Below are positions 1-8,609 of a stretch of DNA of 29,485 nucleotides, one piece after another. The DNA is taken from NCBI GenBank assembly GCA_016867695.1, contig VGIY01000001.1:1-29485 (forward strand). Reading direction: 5' to 3'. The translations under genes and the position numbers were made by a program. How positions within the stretch are numbered: position 1 is the stretch's first letter; the number at the start of each line of letters is the position of its first letter. Under the pieces are notes generated by a model. The model searched no databases, was not told the DNA's origin, and worked only from the letters and a program-made list of their open reading frames with translations. This DNA comes from Candidatus Eiseniibacteriota bacterium (GTDB lineage: Bacteria > Eisenbacteria > RBG-16-71-46 > CAIMUX01 > WJJG01).

Positions 1-610
1 GCTGGAGCGAGGCGCGGGGGGACCAGAGCGCGCCGAGATCGACGCCGGCGCCGAAGCTCGAGTGGCCGGGCATGTCCTGGCGCACGAGCTTGAGCGAGCC
101 GCCCAGCGCCAGCCTGGCATTCAGCCTGCGGGCGAAGGAGAAGAGCAGCCCGTACTCGGTGTCGCTGTCGAGGTAGAAGCGCGAGGGGTCGATCGGCTCG
201 CCCCAGTCGTAGCGATGATTGCCGTTGAGGTCGTCGTAGGCGTCCTTGGTGATGAGGATGTCGTTGACGCTGAAGCGGATCAGCCCGACGCCGACGGCGC
301 TGGTCGCGTCCAGGGGCTGGACGAAGGCGGCGTAGTCGTAGTCGGCCAGGTCGGCGAACTGCTCGGCGTGCATGAGCTGGATCTCGGCGCCGGTGAGGAG
401 CACGAGCGCCGCGGGGTTCCAGTAGACGGCGCTGGCGTCGTCGACGGCGGCCGTGACCGCCCCCGCCATCCCGAGTGCGCGCGCGCCGGCGCCGATCTTG
501 AGGAACTCGGCGGCGTACTTGGCGGCTCCGGCCGGCTCGGAGGCGGCCAGGGCGAGCAGGGCGAGCAGGAGCAGCGGACCCCGACGGCCGAGTGCGGACT
601 GCCGGCGCAT
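1..610 (-). CDS. PorV/UPF0164-family outer-membrane beta-barrel protein, 5' part (runs off the left edge)
   Basis: Not in the ORF track because it has no stop in the window; translated by hand from ATG 610 with AGGAGG RBS upstream: MRRQSALGRRGPLLLLALLALAASEPAGAAKYAAEFLKIGAGARALGMAGAVTAAVDDASAVYWNPAAL... Signal peptide plus the FLKIGAGARALGMAGA / AVYWNPA N-terminal signature of PorV-like barrels. Confidence 0.85.
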   Translation of the reverse strand, partial: MRRQSALGRRGPLLLLALLALAASEPAGAAKYAAEFLKIGAGARALGMAGAVTAAVDDASAVYWNPAALVLLTGAEIQLMHAEQFADLADYDYAAFVQPLDATSAVGVGLIRFSVNDILITKDAYDDLNGNHRYDWGEPIDPSRFYLDSDTEYGLLFSFARRLNARLALGGSLKLVRQDMPGHSSFGAGVDLGALWSPRASLQ

Positions 611-646
611 TGAACCTCCTCCCCCGGGACATCGCGACCGATGAGG

Positions 647-675
647 ACACTACCAGCGGCTCGGGCGCCGGTCAA
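647..675 (-). promoter_or_regulatory. Putative sigma70 promoter for the PorV-like gene
   Basis: Minus strand TTGACC (675-670), 17-nt spacer, TAGTGT (652-647), about 35 nt upstream of the ATG. Confidence 0.6.
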
Positions 676-798
676 CGCGCGCCCGGCGCCGCAGAGCCGG
701 GGACGAGGTCCGGCCCGGAAGCGCCTCGGGCGCTCCTGGGTACCCGGAGGTGGGGATCGCGTTCCCGCAACCGCGCGGCGCGGGGGCGACGGGGCGGC

Positions 799-1233
799 TC
801 AGGCGGCGCTCAGGTCCTCTTCGTCCGCCTGTCCGCCGTCGTCGGAGGCGGCGTACACCTCGCTGTGCCAGGCGACATAGGCGTCGATGTAGTCGCGCTG
901 CTCGGGGGCCAGCCCGCGGAAGTGGGCGGCGATGCGGCAGCCGCTCCTGCCCGCCGGGGGCTCGTCGACGCGCACGACGATCGCCTCGCACTCGATCGTC
1001 CGCGGCTCCCGGCAATCGGGCCCGAACGGGGGGAAGACGAGCCGCAGCCCGAGCTTGGTCAGCGGCTCCAGCCGGCGGTCGATGTCGCCGTAGAAGCCCC
1101 CCGCCCCGAAGTTGAGCGTCTCGAGCAGGACCGGCTGCGAACCGGCCCCGCTACCCTCGTCCTCGAAGGCCATCAAGAGCCGGATCCGCGCTCGCGGATG
1201 CCGGCGCCGCTCGGTCAGGCCGTCCCAGGTCAT
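799..1233 (-). CDS. Stand-alone PilZ-domain protein
   Basis: 144 aa. ERRRHPR (RxxxR) at the N-terminus, NFGAGG at the D/NxSxxG position, AIVVRV strand and closing helix typical of PilZ. GGGAGG RBS. Confidence 0.8.
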   Translation of the reverse strand: MTWDGLTERRRHPRARIRLLMAFEDEGSGAGSQPVLLETLNFGAGGFYGDIDRRLEPLTKLGLRLVFPPFGPDCREPRTIECEAIVVRVDEPPAGRSGCRIAAHFRGLAPEQRDYIDAYVAWHSEVYAASDDGGQADEEDLSAA

Positions 1234-1462
1234 CGGCTTCGCCTCCCGGTTGCGAGTCTGCTGCGCGGGGCGTGCGCCCCGAGGGACTCATCGGCCGGAT
1301 GGGGCGTCATCCCGACGGAATCGGGGCCGTCGGCGCGCGGAGGGCTGGAACGAGCCGGGCGCACCGGGCGCGGCCGGGAACGGCCGCCGGGTTGGCGCCC
1401 TGCGGTCGCGGCCTGGGCCCGCCGGCCCGAGCGGCTCCCGGAGGCCCCCGCGCCGCTCAGCG

Positions 1463-3607
1463 CTAGGCGCGCCTGCCCCGGCGGCCCCGGCCGACCCGGC
1501 TCCCGCCGCGGCGCGGCGTCCTGCCGGCGGCCCTGTCGGGAGCCTTCCGCGAAGCCTTTCGCGAGGCCTTCCCCGAACCCCGCCCGGAGACCTTCCGGGC
1601 GGCCTGGCGCGCGGCCTTCCCGGAACCCTTCCCGCCCCCCGCGCCGGCGGGCGGCCGATCACGCTTCCCGGCCTGCGCCGCGCGCCCCGCCGACAGCAGC
1701 TCCAGTTCGATCCTTCGCGCCCGCAGATCCACGCGGGCGATGCGGACGAGGACCTCGACGCCCAGGTCGGGCTCGACGACCTGCTCGCGCGCCTCGGCGC
1801 GCGGATCTCGCCGCCGCCGGCGCCGGCCGGGACCTCCTCGTGCCGGGTAGCCCTCGCGCGGCAGGAAGCCGTCTACCGGCGCCTCGTCGAACTCCACATA
1901 GACGCCCGCGGGTTGCGTCGCCGTGACCCGCCCGGCGAAGGTCTCTCCCAGGCGCTGCTCGGCCCAGCGGACGGTCTTCACCCGCAGCAGCGCCTGCTCC
2001 GCCCGCTCGGCGCGCAGTTCGGTCTCGGTGCAGAGGCGCCCCGTCTCGGCGGCGCGCTCGCGCCAGGCGGCCGGGCCCTCCTGCCGATCGCGGGCCAGCG
2101 CCCACTTGACCACCCGGTGGTTGAAGAGGTCGGGGTAGCGGCGGATCGGCGAGGTGAAGTGGGCGTAGCCGCGCAGGCCCAGGCCGAAGTGCCCCTCGTC
2201 GGCCGGCCCGTAGAGGGCGCGCTGCATGGCCCGCAGGAAGAGGGCGTGGATCTGCCAGCTGCGCGGGCCCGGCGGAAGGCGGGCGAGCCAGCGGCGCAGC
2301 GCCTCGATGTCCGCCAGCGCCGCGGCGGGAGCCTCCGGGGCGAAGAAGCGCACCTGGGCCCGGAAGCGCTCGAGCGCGCGCGGATCGGGCGGGCCGTGCA
2401 CGCGGAAGAGATAGGGATGCCCGCGGCGGACGGCGTAGGCGCAGGCGATCCGGTTGGCCAGGATCATGAACTCCTCGATGATCTGCGTGCTCGGCTGCGG
2501 CAGCCGCCGGCGCAGCTCGCGCGGCAGCCCGCGCGAGTCGAGATCGACCTCGCACTCGGGCACGACGAGATCGAAGCCGCCGCGGGCGAGGCGGCGCTCG
2601 CGCAGGCCGAGGGCGAGCGCGCGCATGGCGCGCAGCGCCTCGTCGATCTCCGGGTCGTAGCCCGCGCGCCCCTCGAGGACCGCCTGCGCGCGGTCGTAGT
2701 CGACCGCCGCCCGGCTCTCGATTACCCCTTCCTCGACGCGCGTCGCCCGCAGCTCTCCGCCGGCGCCCACCAGGGCCGACAGCGTGAGGACCGGCCGCGG
2801 CTCCCCGGGGCGCAGGCTCATCGCCTCGCCCGAGAGGACCTCGGGGAGCATCGGGATCACCCGCCCCGGCAGGTAGACGCTGTTGCCCCGGCGCCGCGCC
2901 TCCTCGTCGAGAGCGCCGCCCTCCGCCACCGCCTCGGCCACGTCGGCGATGTGCACGCGCAGCCGCCAGCCTCCGCCGGGAAGCGCGGCGACGGAGACGG
3001 CGTCGTCGTGATCGCGGGCGTCGGCCGGATCGATCGTGAAGGCGAGCTCAGCGCGGAAGTCGCGGCGTCCCTCCCAGGCGCAGGCCGCCACGCGCGCCGC
3101 CGCGCGCTCCGCCTCGGCCAGCGCCTCGGGCGGGTAGGCGCCCGGGAGTCCGAACTCGGTGCAGATGATCTCGGCGTCGAGCAGCGCGTCGCCGGCGTCG
3201 CCGAGCCGAGCCAGGACGCGGACGGCGGGAAGGCGCCCGCCCTCGTCCTCGACGAGCTCGGCCAGGACCCGATCGCCCGGCAGCGCTTGCCCGCAGGAGC
3301 CGCTGACGCGCAGTCGCGAGGGGAGCCGCGGCGGGTCGGGGACGAAGTGGGGATCGCGCCGGGGGCCCTCGAGGGCGCCGGTCAGGCGGGCGTGCCGGCG
3401 CTCGAGCACGGCGACGACCCGCGCCTCGCGCCGGTCCTCCAGAACGCTTCCATAGAGCGGCGCGCAGGCGACGAGGTCCCCGTCGAGGGCGCCGCCGGTA
3501 TGGCGAGGGGGGATGAAGAGATCCGCCGACAGGTCGTCGGAGAGGCGGACGAAACCGTACCGGCCGGCGGTCGCGGCGTAGCGTCCCTGGAGCGGTTCAG
3601 CACTCAT
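1463..3607 (-). CDS. rnr: Ribonuclease R (RNB/RNase II family 3'-5' exoribonuclease)
   Basis: 714 aa. Cold-shock domains (YGFV...DLFIP...GALDGD), catalytic FTIDPADARDHDDA, IIEEFMILAN, HFTSPIRRYPDL, C-terminal S1 domain and basic tail. Confidence 0.95.
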   Translation of the reverse strand: MSAEPLQGRYAATAGRYGFVRLSDDLSADLFIPPRHTGGALDGDLVACAPLYGSVLEDRREARVVAVLERRHARLTGALEGPRRDPHFVPDPPRLPSRLRVSGSCGQALPGDRVLAELVEDEGGRLPAVRVLARLGDAGDALLDAEIICTEFGLPGAYPPEALAEAERAAARVAACAWEGRRDFRAELAFTIDPADARDHDDAVSVAALPGGGWRLRVHIADVAEAVAEGGALDEEARRRGNSVYLPGRVIPMLPEVLSGEAMSLRPGEPRPVLTLSALVGAGGELRATRVEEGVIESRAAVDYDRAQAVLEGRAGYDPEIDEALRAMRALALGLRERRLARGGFDLVVPECEVDLDSRGLPRELRRRLPQPSTQIIEEFMILANRIACAYAVRRGHPYLFRVHGPPDPRALERFRAQVRFFAPEAPAAALADIEALRRWLARLPPGPRSWQIHALFLRAMQRALYGPADEGHFGLGLRGYAHFTSPIRRYPDLFNHRVVKWALARDRQEGPAAWRERAAETGRLCTETELRAERAEQALLRVKTVRWAEQRLGETFAGRVTATQPAGVYVEFDEAPVDGFLPREGYPARGGPGRRRRRRDPRAEAREQVVEPDLGVEVLVRIARVDLRARRIELELLSAGRAAQAGKRDRPPAGAGGGKGSGKAARQAARKVSGRGSGKASRKASRKAPDRAAGRTPRRGGSRVGRGRRGRRA

Positions 3608-3760
3608 GCCCGCACCGGCCGGCGCACCAGTGGCCCCCGCTTCTCCCGGCCGGCACGGAGCCGCCGGATCGGTGCGGCCGGGCGCACGCGCAGGCCCGAC
3701 CGCGCCGGGCGAAGGCGCGCCAAGTCGGCGCGGCCCCGCCGGCGGGCCCGGGAGTCCGCG

Positions 3761-3856
3761 CTAGACCTTGCGCTTCTTGTGGCGGTTCTTGCGCAACTGC
3801 TTCTTGCGCTTGTGCGTGGCGATCTTCTTGCGCTTGCGTTTCTTTCCGCTTCCCAT
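3761..3856 (-). CDS. 31-aa basic protein, bS22 / AURKAIP1-COX24-family small ribosomal subunit protein
   Basis: MGSGKKRKRKKIATHKRKKQLRKNRHKKRKV* from ATG 3856 with AGGTGG RBS. Closely resembles the Bacteroidota bS22 pattern MPSGKKRKRHK.ATHKRKKR...NRHKK as I recall it. Lys-rich codons stand out against the GC background. Confidence 0.88.
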   Translation of the reverse strand: MGSGKKRKRKKIATHKRKKQLRKNRHKKRKV

Positions 3857-3918
3857 ACCCCACCTGACCGCTGCATGGCGCCGACGCGCTTCGCCCCGGA
3901 ACGGGCCGCCCGGCGCGA

Positions 3919-4209
3919 CTAGCGACCGCGCAGCGTCCGGTCCACCAACTCCACCAGGGTCCGCGAGCACCGGAACACCGGCGCCAGCTTGCCGGGGATC
4001 CGGTAGACCTTCCCGTTGCGCGGGTTGCGGATCGACCGGCCCCGGCGCCTGCGCAGATCGAAGGTGCCGAACCGACGCAAGTGGACCCGTCTGCCGTCCG
4101 ACAGGGAACGGGCGACCGCGGCCAGGAACTCGTCGACGACGCGCCCCGCGGCCGCCTGCGAGGAGGACCTCCTCGCCGCCACCTCCCGAACCAGCTCCTG
4201 CTTGTTCAT
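3919..4209 (-). CDS. hup: HU/IHF-family DNA-binding protein
   Basis: 96 aa. MNKQELV start, FGTF, RNPRNG arm, PVF motif. GAGGAG RBS. Confidence 0.92.
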   Translation of the reverse strand: MNKQELVREVAARRSSSQAAAGRVVDEFLAAVARSLSDGRRVHLRRFGTFDLRRRRGRSIRNPRNGKVYRIPGKLAPVFRCSRTLVELVDRTLRGR

Positions 4210-4258
4210 GGACTGCTCCTCGGCGTCGTCGAAGCCGGCCCATGGACAACGACGAGGG

Positions 4259-4288
4259 ATCCTACCGTGCCGGGCGCCGGGAGGTCAA
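4259..4288 (-). promoter_or_regulatory. Putative sigma70 promoter for hup
   Basis: Minus strand TTGACC (4288-4283), 18-nt spacer, TAGGAT (4264-4259). Confidence 0.6.
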
Positions 4289-4394
4289 TCGAGAACCCGC
4301 GGGGATGCGCCGGCCTGGAGCGGGCGGCGGACATTCGCCCTGCGGGTTGGCCGGGCGCGCGGCGCCCCTTGAGAAGGGCGCCGGGGCCGCCACG

Positions 4395-4426
4395 GGCGGG
4401 GCCGCGCGCCCGAGCGCGGCCCCGCC
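4395..4426. terminator. Perfect 13-bp inverted repeat; possible terminator or RNA-stabilising hairpin without a U-tract
   Basis: GGCGGGGCCGCGC-gcccga-GCGCGGCCCCGCC, about 100 nt downstream of the Ig-lipoprotein stop codon. No poly-U follows. Confidence 0.4.
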
Positions 4427-4523
4427 GTCCGCCGCTGGTCGCCCGCGGGGCGCGGTGCCGTCGTCCACCCCGGCGGGTCGCCTTCAGGGCCGGTGGCCGT
4501 CGTCCGCGGCGACAGGCGCGCGC

Positions 4524-7500
4524 CTACTGGATCGTGATCGTCTCGCGCAGCGTGATGCCGCCCCGTCCCGGGTCGTTGTCGATCACCGTCAGCACGCAGG
4601 TGGTGTCGCTCGCCGGGGCATGGAACAGCCCGCTGGCCACGCCCCAGGTGTCGGTCGTCGCCGCGGGAGTGACCGTGCCTCCCCCGCTGGCGCTCATGCC
4701 GAGCACGTGTCCGCCGAGCGGGTTGCCGTAGCGGTCCTGGATCAGCACCTCGAACGGCAGGACTCCGCCTCGGGCGACCTGCTTCTCGATCTCGATGCGC
4801 GACTTGCCCCGGAAGGCGGGCCCGGTCAGGAAGTCGACCTCGAGCGCGGCGCTGTGGCCGCCCGCCAGCCCCGCGGAGGCAGTGACGACGGCCGTGCCGC
4901 CGATCCCGTCGTCGGGCACGCTGTAGGAGTAGTCGCGGCCGAGCCGCTCGCTGCGCAGCGTCGCCCGCGCCAGACTGCCGTAGACGCCGTCGGCCGTCAT
5001 CGCCGACTCGTCGATCTCGCCGAGCGTCGTCTGGAACTCCACGAGCGTTCCCGCCAGCACGAAGTTGTCGTTGACGTCGAGCACTTCCACAGTCAGGCGC
5101 AGCTCCTCGTCCCCGTCGGCCATGATCGCCACCGGCGGCCGCGGCGCGACGAAGGCGACCGAGACGGGCGGGCCGGAGGAGATCAGCCCCGTAGTTCCCA
5201 GGACTCCCCCGCCCGAGGTCGAGGCGCTGATGACGACGCGCCCGTCGAGGCGCGGCAGGCCGCTGAAGTAGGTCCCTCGCGCCATGCCCCCCTGGGTCAC
5301 GGCGCTGCCCAGACTTCCGTCCCAGCCGCGCACGATCCCCTCGTCGCAGGTGAGGTAGATCGTCGTCCCCTCGGCCACCGGGTTGTTGTGCAGATCGGAG
5401 ACGATCGCCAGCACGTCCGCCTCGGCGCCGACCACGTCCCAGCCGCGGATGTTGCGCGGGCTCGCTCCCAGCGAGATGTAGGCCGGCGGCCCGGCGGCGA
5501 TGCTGACCTGCGCCGACTTGCCCGCCCAGGCCCCGGCGCTCGCCTCGACCAGCACCGTGCCCGAGGCCGTGCCGCTGCTGAGCACGACCGAGGCGCGGCT
5601 CGTGTCATCCGTGTAGCGGGTCACCGGCCCCCAGCCGTTGCCGTCCAGCCCCTCGCCCCCGCCGGGGCCGGCGACGATCTCGAAGGTCACTTCCCGGCCG
5701 CGTCCGACGGGGTGGTTCTCGGCGTCGTAGCAGAGGGCGTAGAAGCCGCACTGCTCGGTCGCGCCCGTGCCGGCGACGCCGATCTCAGTGCGCGTCGGGA
5801 TCAGCTCCATGCGCGCGATCGGCCCCGGATCGGGCGGCGTCGCCGGCTCGCGTAGCTGGATCGTCGTCTGCCCGGAGACCCCGCCCGCCGCGGCGCAGGT
5901 GATCGTGGCGTAGGCGGCGGTCGTGTCCTCGAGGAGGGCGATGTAGAAGGCGGTGACCATGCCCCCCGCCGTGGGCGCCGTGGCGGCGCCGCCCGATGTG
6001 TAGATGAAGCCGCGGTCGGTGGTGAAGTAGGCCACGGTGCCGTCGACGACCGGGTTGTGGAACTCGTCGTCGATCACGCCGAAGATCCTCACGGTGTCGC
6101 CCGGAGCGCAGTCGCCCCGCTCGGGCCAGCAGTGCACGCCCGCCGGGGGGCCGGCGGAAATGCCCAGGTAGAGGTCGCGCTGCGTCTCCCCGGCGGAGAC
6201 GCGCAGGTGCAGCGGCCCGGATCGCGTGCCGCTGTTGAGGACGGCCACGGCGACGCCGGCGGTGTTGGTCTCCACCGTGATTGGGCTGGCGCCGCCGGCG
6301 AAACCCTCGCCCCCCTGCGGGCCGTGGAGGATCTCGAAGCGGACGGGCAGCCCCGCCGGAGCGGGAAGACCGGGGCGCAGCGAGCAGGTGGCGGTGAGCA
6401 CCGACCGGTCGGCATCGGCCTGGCCGGCCACGCGCAGCTCCGCCGGCTCGGCCGCGACGCTGAGCACGCGGACGGTCTCCCCCGCCATCGGGATCGCCAC
6501 CGACGTGCGCCCCTCGACGCCGTTGGGCTCGGCGCGGGCGACGATCTGGGCGACGCCGTCGCCGCCCGGCTCCGGGCTGAGCGAGTAGTAGAGCCCGATC
6601 GCCAGCCCGCTTGCCGTCGGGCTCGAGGCCTGGCCCCCCTCGCCGGTGATCAGGCCCTCGTCGACCTCGAAGAAGATGCGCGTGCCGTCCTTGACCGGAT
6701 TGTTGTAGGCGTCGCGGACCGTCGCCCGGATCGCCGTCTGCTGCCAGGAGGCGAGGTCGGCGGCGTCGGGATGGACGCTGATCGCCGCCGGCGGGCCCAC
6801 CGAGACGGCCAGGTCGAGGGCGCGCTCGAGCCCGCCTCCGGAAACGCGCACGCGGGCCAGCCCGGGCAGCGTCCCGGCGCGCAGCACCGCCGTGGCCAGT
6901 CCGTCGGCGCCGGTCAGGACCGTGGCCCGCGCCGCGCCGGAGGGCTCGAAGACCTCGCCCCCCCCGGGGCCGGCCTCGATCTCGAAGAGCAGCGGCAGGC
7001 CGGCGGGAGCGGGACTGCCGTCGAGCTGCAGACAGACGGCGCTGAGGGTCGCGCGGTCGGTCCCGCCCGCGCCGAGCAGGCAGATCTCGACAGGTTCGGC
7101 CGCCAGGTCCATGGCCAGCAGAGCGGGCAGCGGCAGGACCTCGATCGGCACGGCCAGCGACCAGTCGTCGGCGGCCAGCGTCACCCAGGCCGTGCCGGGC
7201 GCGGCGGGCGCGCGATAGAGCGCCGTGACGGTCCCCTCCGCGTCGGCATGGGCCTGCGGCGGGACCGTCCCGGCGGAGGCCGACAGGGCGATCGACTTGC
7301 CCGGGATCGGGCTGCCGTTGACGTCGAGCAGGCGCGCGGAGAGCGTCGCCTCGCTCAGCTCGTTGGCGTAGACGGGACCGGCGGACCAGGCCCACTCGGC
7401 GCGGTCGACGCGCGGGAGCGGCAGCAGGCGCACGGGGAGCGCGCTGCCCCCGTCGCGGGTCGACGCGTAGATCGTCGCCGTGCCCGCCGCGCGGCCGGCG

Positions 7501-8609
7501 GTGAACTGCGCCACGGCTCTGCCGTCGGTTCCGGTCGTCGCCGAGGAGGTGATCGTGCCCATGACGTCCCAGACCGAGTTGCCGTTCGTGTCGGTGAAGG
7601 GATCCGTGCCCGGAGTGTAGAAGCCGTCGCCGTCGGCGTCGGTGAAGGGCTCCCCGGCGGTGAAGCGGACGAGCTTGCCCGCCAGCGGCGCGCCCTGGCG
7701 ATCCTGCACCTCGGCGGTCACGGCGACGCCGGAGAAGCCGTCGGCCCAGACCTCGACCGGCAGCGCGGCCAGGCGCAGCGCCGCGCCGACGGCGTGCAGG
7801 TCGAGGGCGAAGTCGACCGACACCGTGTCGACGGTCGCCTTGACGAAGACGCTTCCGGGCAGGATCCCGGCCGTGTAGATCGCCGTGGCGGTCCCGCTCG
7901 GACCCGTGGTCACCGGGCTCGTCACGCTGCCGTTGGCGGTCCACTCGCCGTCGGCGTCGCCGTCGATCAGAATCCGGTCGCCGTCGCTGAAGTCGCCGCT
8001 GCCGTCGAGGTCCTCGAAGAGCTCTCCGGCCGCCAGGCGCACGACGGCGCTCGCCGCGGGCGCTCCGTCGCGCGCCACCTGGATCGTCAGCTCCAGCGTG
8101 CTCTGCCCGTCCGCGGGCAGGCTCGTCTCCGGCGCGGTGACGGCGATCGCGGTGCCGGCGCCGCTCACCCCCGACGTCAGGTAGAGCGAGAGGTAGGCGA
8201 CGGCGCTGCCGGCGCCCGCCTTCAGGTCGACGCGCCCGCTGCTCGTCGGATGGCTGCGGAAGGTCGTCCGCGCCCAGCCCGCGTCGTCGGTCAGTGCCGC
8301 CGCCGGATCGAACGCGCCGGCGGCGCCCGCGCCCGCCTGCTCGAAGGGGGCGCCCGACTCGCCGAAGCGCACGGTGGCCGCGGCCACCGCCTCCCCGCGC
8401 GCGTTGACCACGCGCGCCGCCAGCTGCGCCTCGCCCCCGGGCCCCAGCAGCGCCGGGGTCGAGACGAACGACTCCAGCCGCAGCGAGCCGCCGGATGCGG
8501 AAGAGGTCGACTTCTGCTCCTCCGAACAGCCGATCGCGGCGAGGACCGCGATCAGGACGACAGCCGGCAGGCGAAGGAGCGTGTGCCGCAGAGCGCGCCG
8601 ATCGAGCAC
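4524..8609 (-). CDS. Large lipoprotein with tandem bacterial Ig-like (Big_1/invasin-type) domains
   Basis: Track ORF 4524..8630; the start is more likely GTG 8609 (AGGAGG 6 nt upstream). Lipobox LAAIG|C, repeated Big_1-like units (ADG..., V.D..GNP, TD..G.A...Y.AG...G), ~1360 aa. Confidence 0.85.
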   Translation of the reverse strand: MLDRRALRHTLLRLPAVVLIAVLAAIGCSEEQKSTSSASGGSLRLESFVSTPALLGPGGEAQLAARVVNARGEAVAAATVRFGESGAPFEQAGAGAAGAFDPAAALTDDAGWARTTFRSHPTSSGRVDLKAGAGSAVAYLSLYLTSGVSGAGTAIAVTAPETSLPADGQSTLELTIQVARDGAPAASAVVRLAAGELFEDLDGSGDFSDGDRILIDGDADGEWTANGSVTSPVTTGPSGTATAIYTAGILPGSVFVKATVDTVSVDFALDLHAVGAALRLAALPVEVWADGFSGVAVTAEVQDRQGAPLAGKLVRFTAGEPFTDADGDGFYTPGTDPFTDTNGNSVWDVMGTITSSATTGTDGRAVAQFTAGRAAGTATIYASTRDGGSALPVRLLPLPRVDRAEWAWSAGPVYANELSEATLSARLLDVNGSPIPGKSIALSASAGTVPPQAHADAEGTVTALYRAPAAPGTAWVTLAADDWSLAVPIEVLPLPALLAMDLAAEPVEICLLGAGGTDRATLSAVCLQLDGSPAPAGLPLLFEIEAGPGGGEVFEPSGAARATVLTGADGLATAVLRAGTLPGLARVRVSGGGLERALDLAVSVGPPAAISVHPDAADLASWQQTAIRATVRDAYNNPVKDGTRIFFEVDEGLITGEGGQASSPTASGLAIGLYYSLSPEPGGDGVAQIVARAEPNGVEGRTSVAIPMAGETVRVLSVAAEPAELRVAGQADADRSVLTATCSLRPGLPAPAGLPVRFEILHGPQGGEGFAGGASPITVETNTAGVAVAVLNSGTRSGPLHLRVSAGETQRDLYLGISAGPPAGVHCWPERGDCAPGDTVRIFGVIDDEFHNPVVDGTVAYFTTDRGFIYTSGGAATAPTAGGMVTAFYIALLEDTTAAYATITCAAAGGVSGQTTIQLREPATPPDPGPIARMELIPTRTEIGVAGTGATEQCGFYALCYDAENHPVGRGREVTFEIVAGPGGGEGLDGNGWGPVTRYTDDTSRASVVLSSGTASGTVLVEASAGAWAGKSAQVSIAAGPPAYISLGASPRNIRGWDVVGAEADVLAIVSDLHNNPVAEGTTIYLTCDEGIVRGWDGSLGSAVTQGGMARGTYFSGLPRLDGRVVISASTSGGGVLGTTGLISSGPPVSVAFVAPRPPVAIMADGDEELRLTVEVLDVNDNFVLAGTLVEFQTTLGEIDESAMTADGVYGSLARATLRSERLGRDYSYSVPDDGIGGTAVVTASAGLAGGHSAALEVDFLTGPAFRGKSRIEIEKQVARGGVLPFEVLIQDRYGNPLGGHVLGMSASGGGTVTPAATTDTWGVASGLFHAPASDTTCVLTVIDNDPGRGGITLRETITIQ

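Noticed and set aside
1234-1462. Possible c-di-GMP riboswitch upstream of the PilZ gene (short hairpins such as GGATG-N6-CATCC)
   Set aside because: No GEMM-I (GGCAAA...GAAA...GACGCAAAG) or class II signature seen; short GC hairpins are expected by chance.
1541-1632. Short tandem repeats as a possible CRISPR array or VNTR
   Set aside because: Degenerate 12-nt units coding for the RNase R basic tail, with no repeat-spacer structure.
1112-3922. 936-aa plus-strand ORF (and 592..1926, 3768..5855, 6057..8813)
   Set aside because: Antisense shadows of rnr and the Ig lipoprotein; stop codons are scarce at ~75% GC, and the translations are Arg/Pro/Gly-rich with no recognisable motifs.
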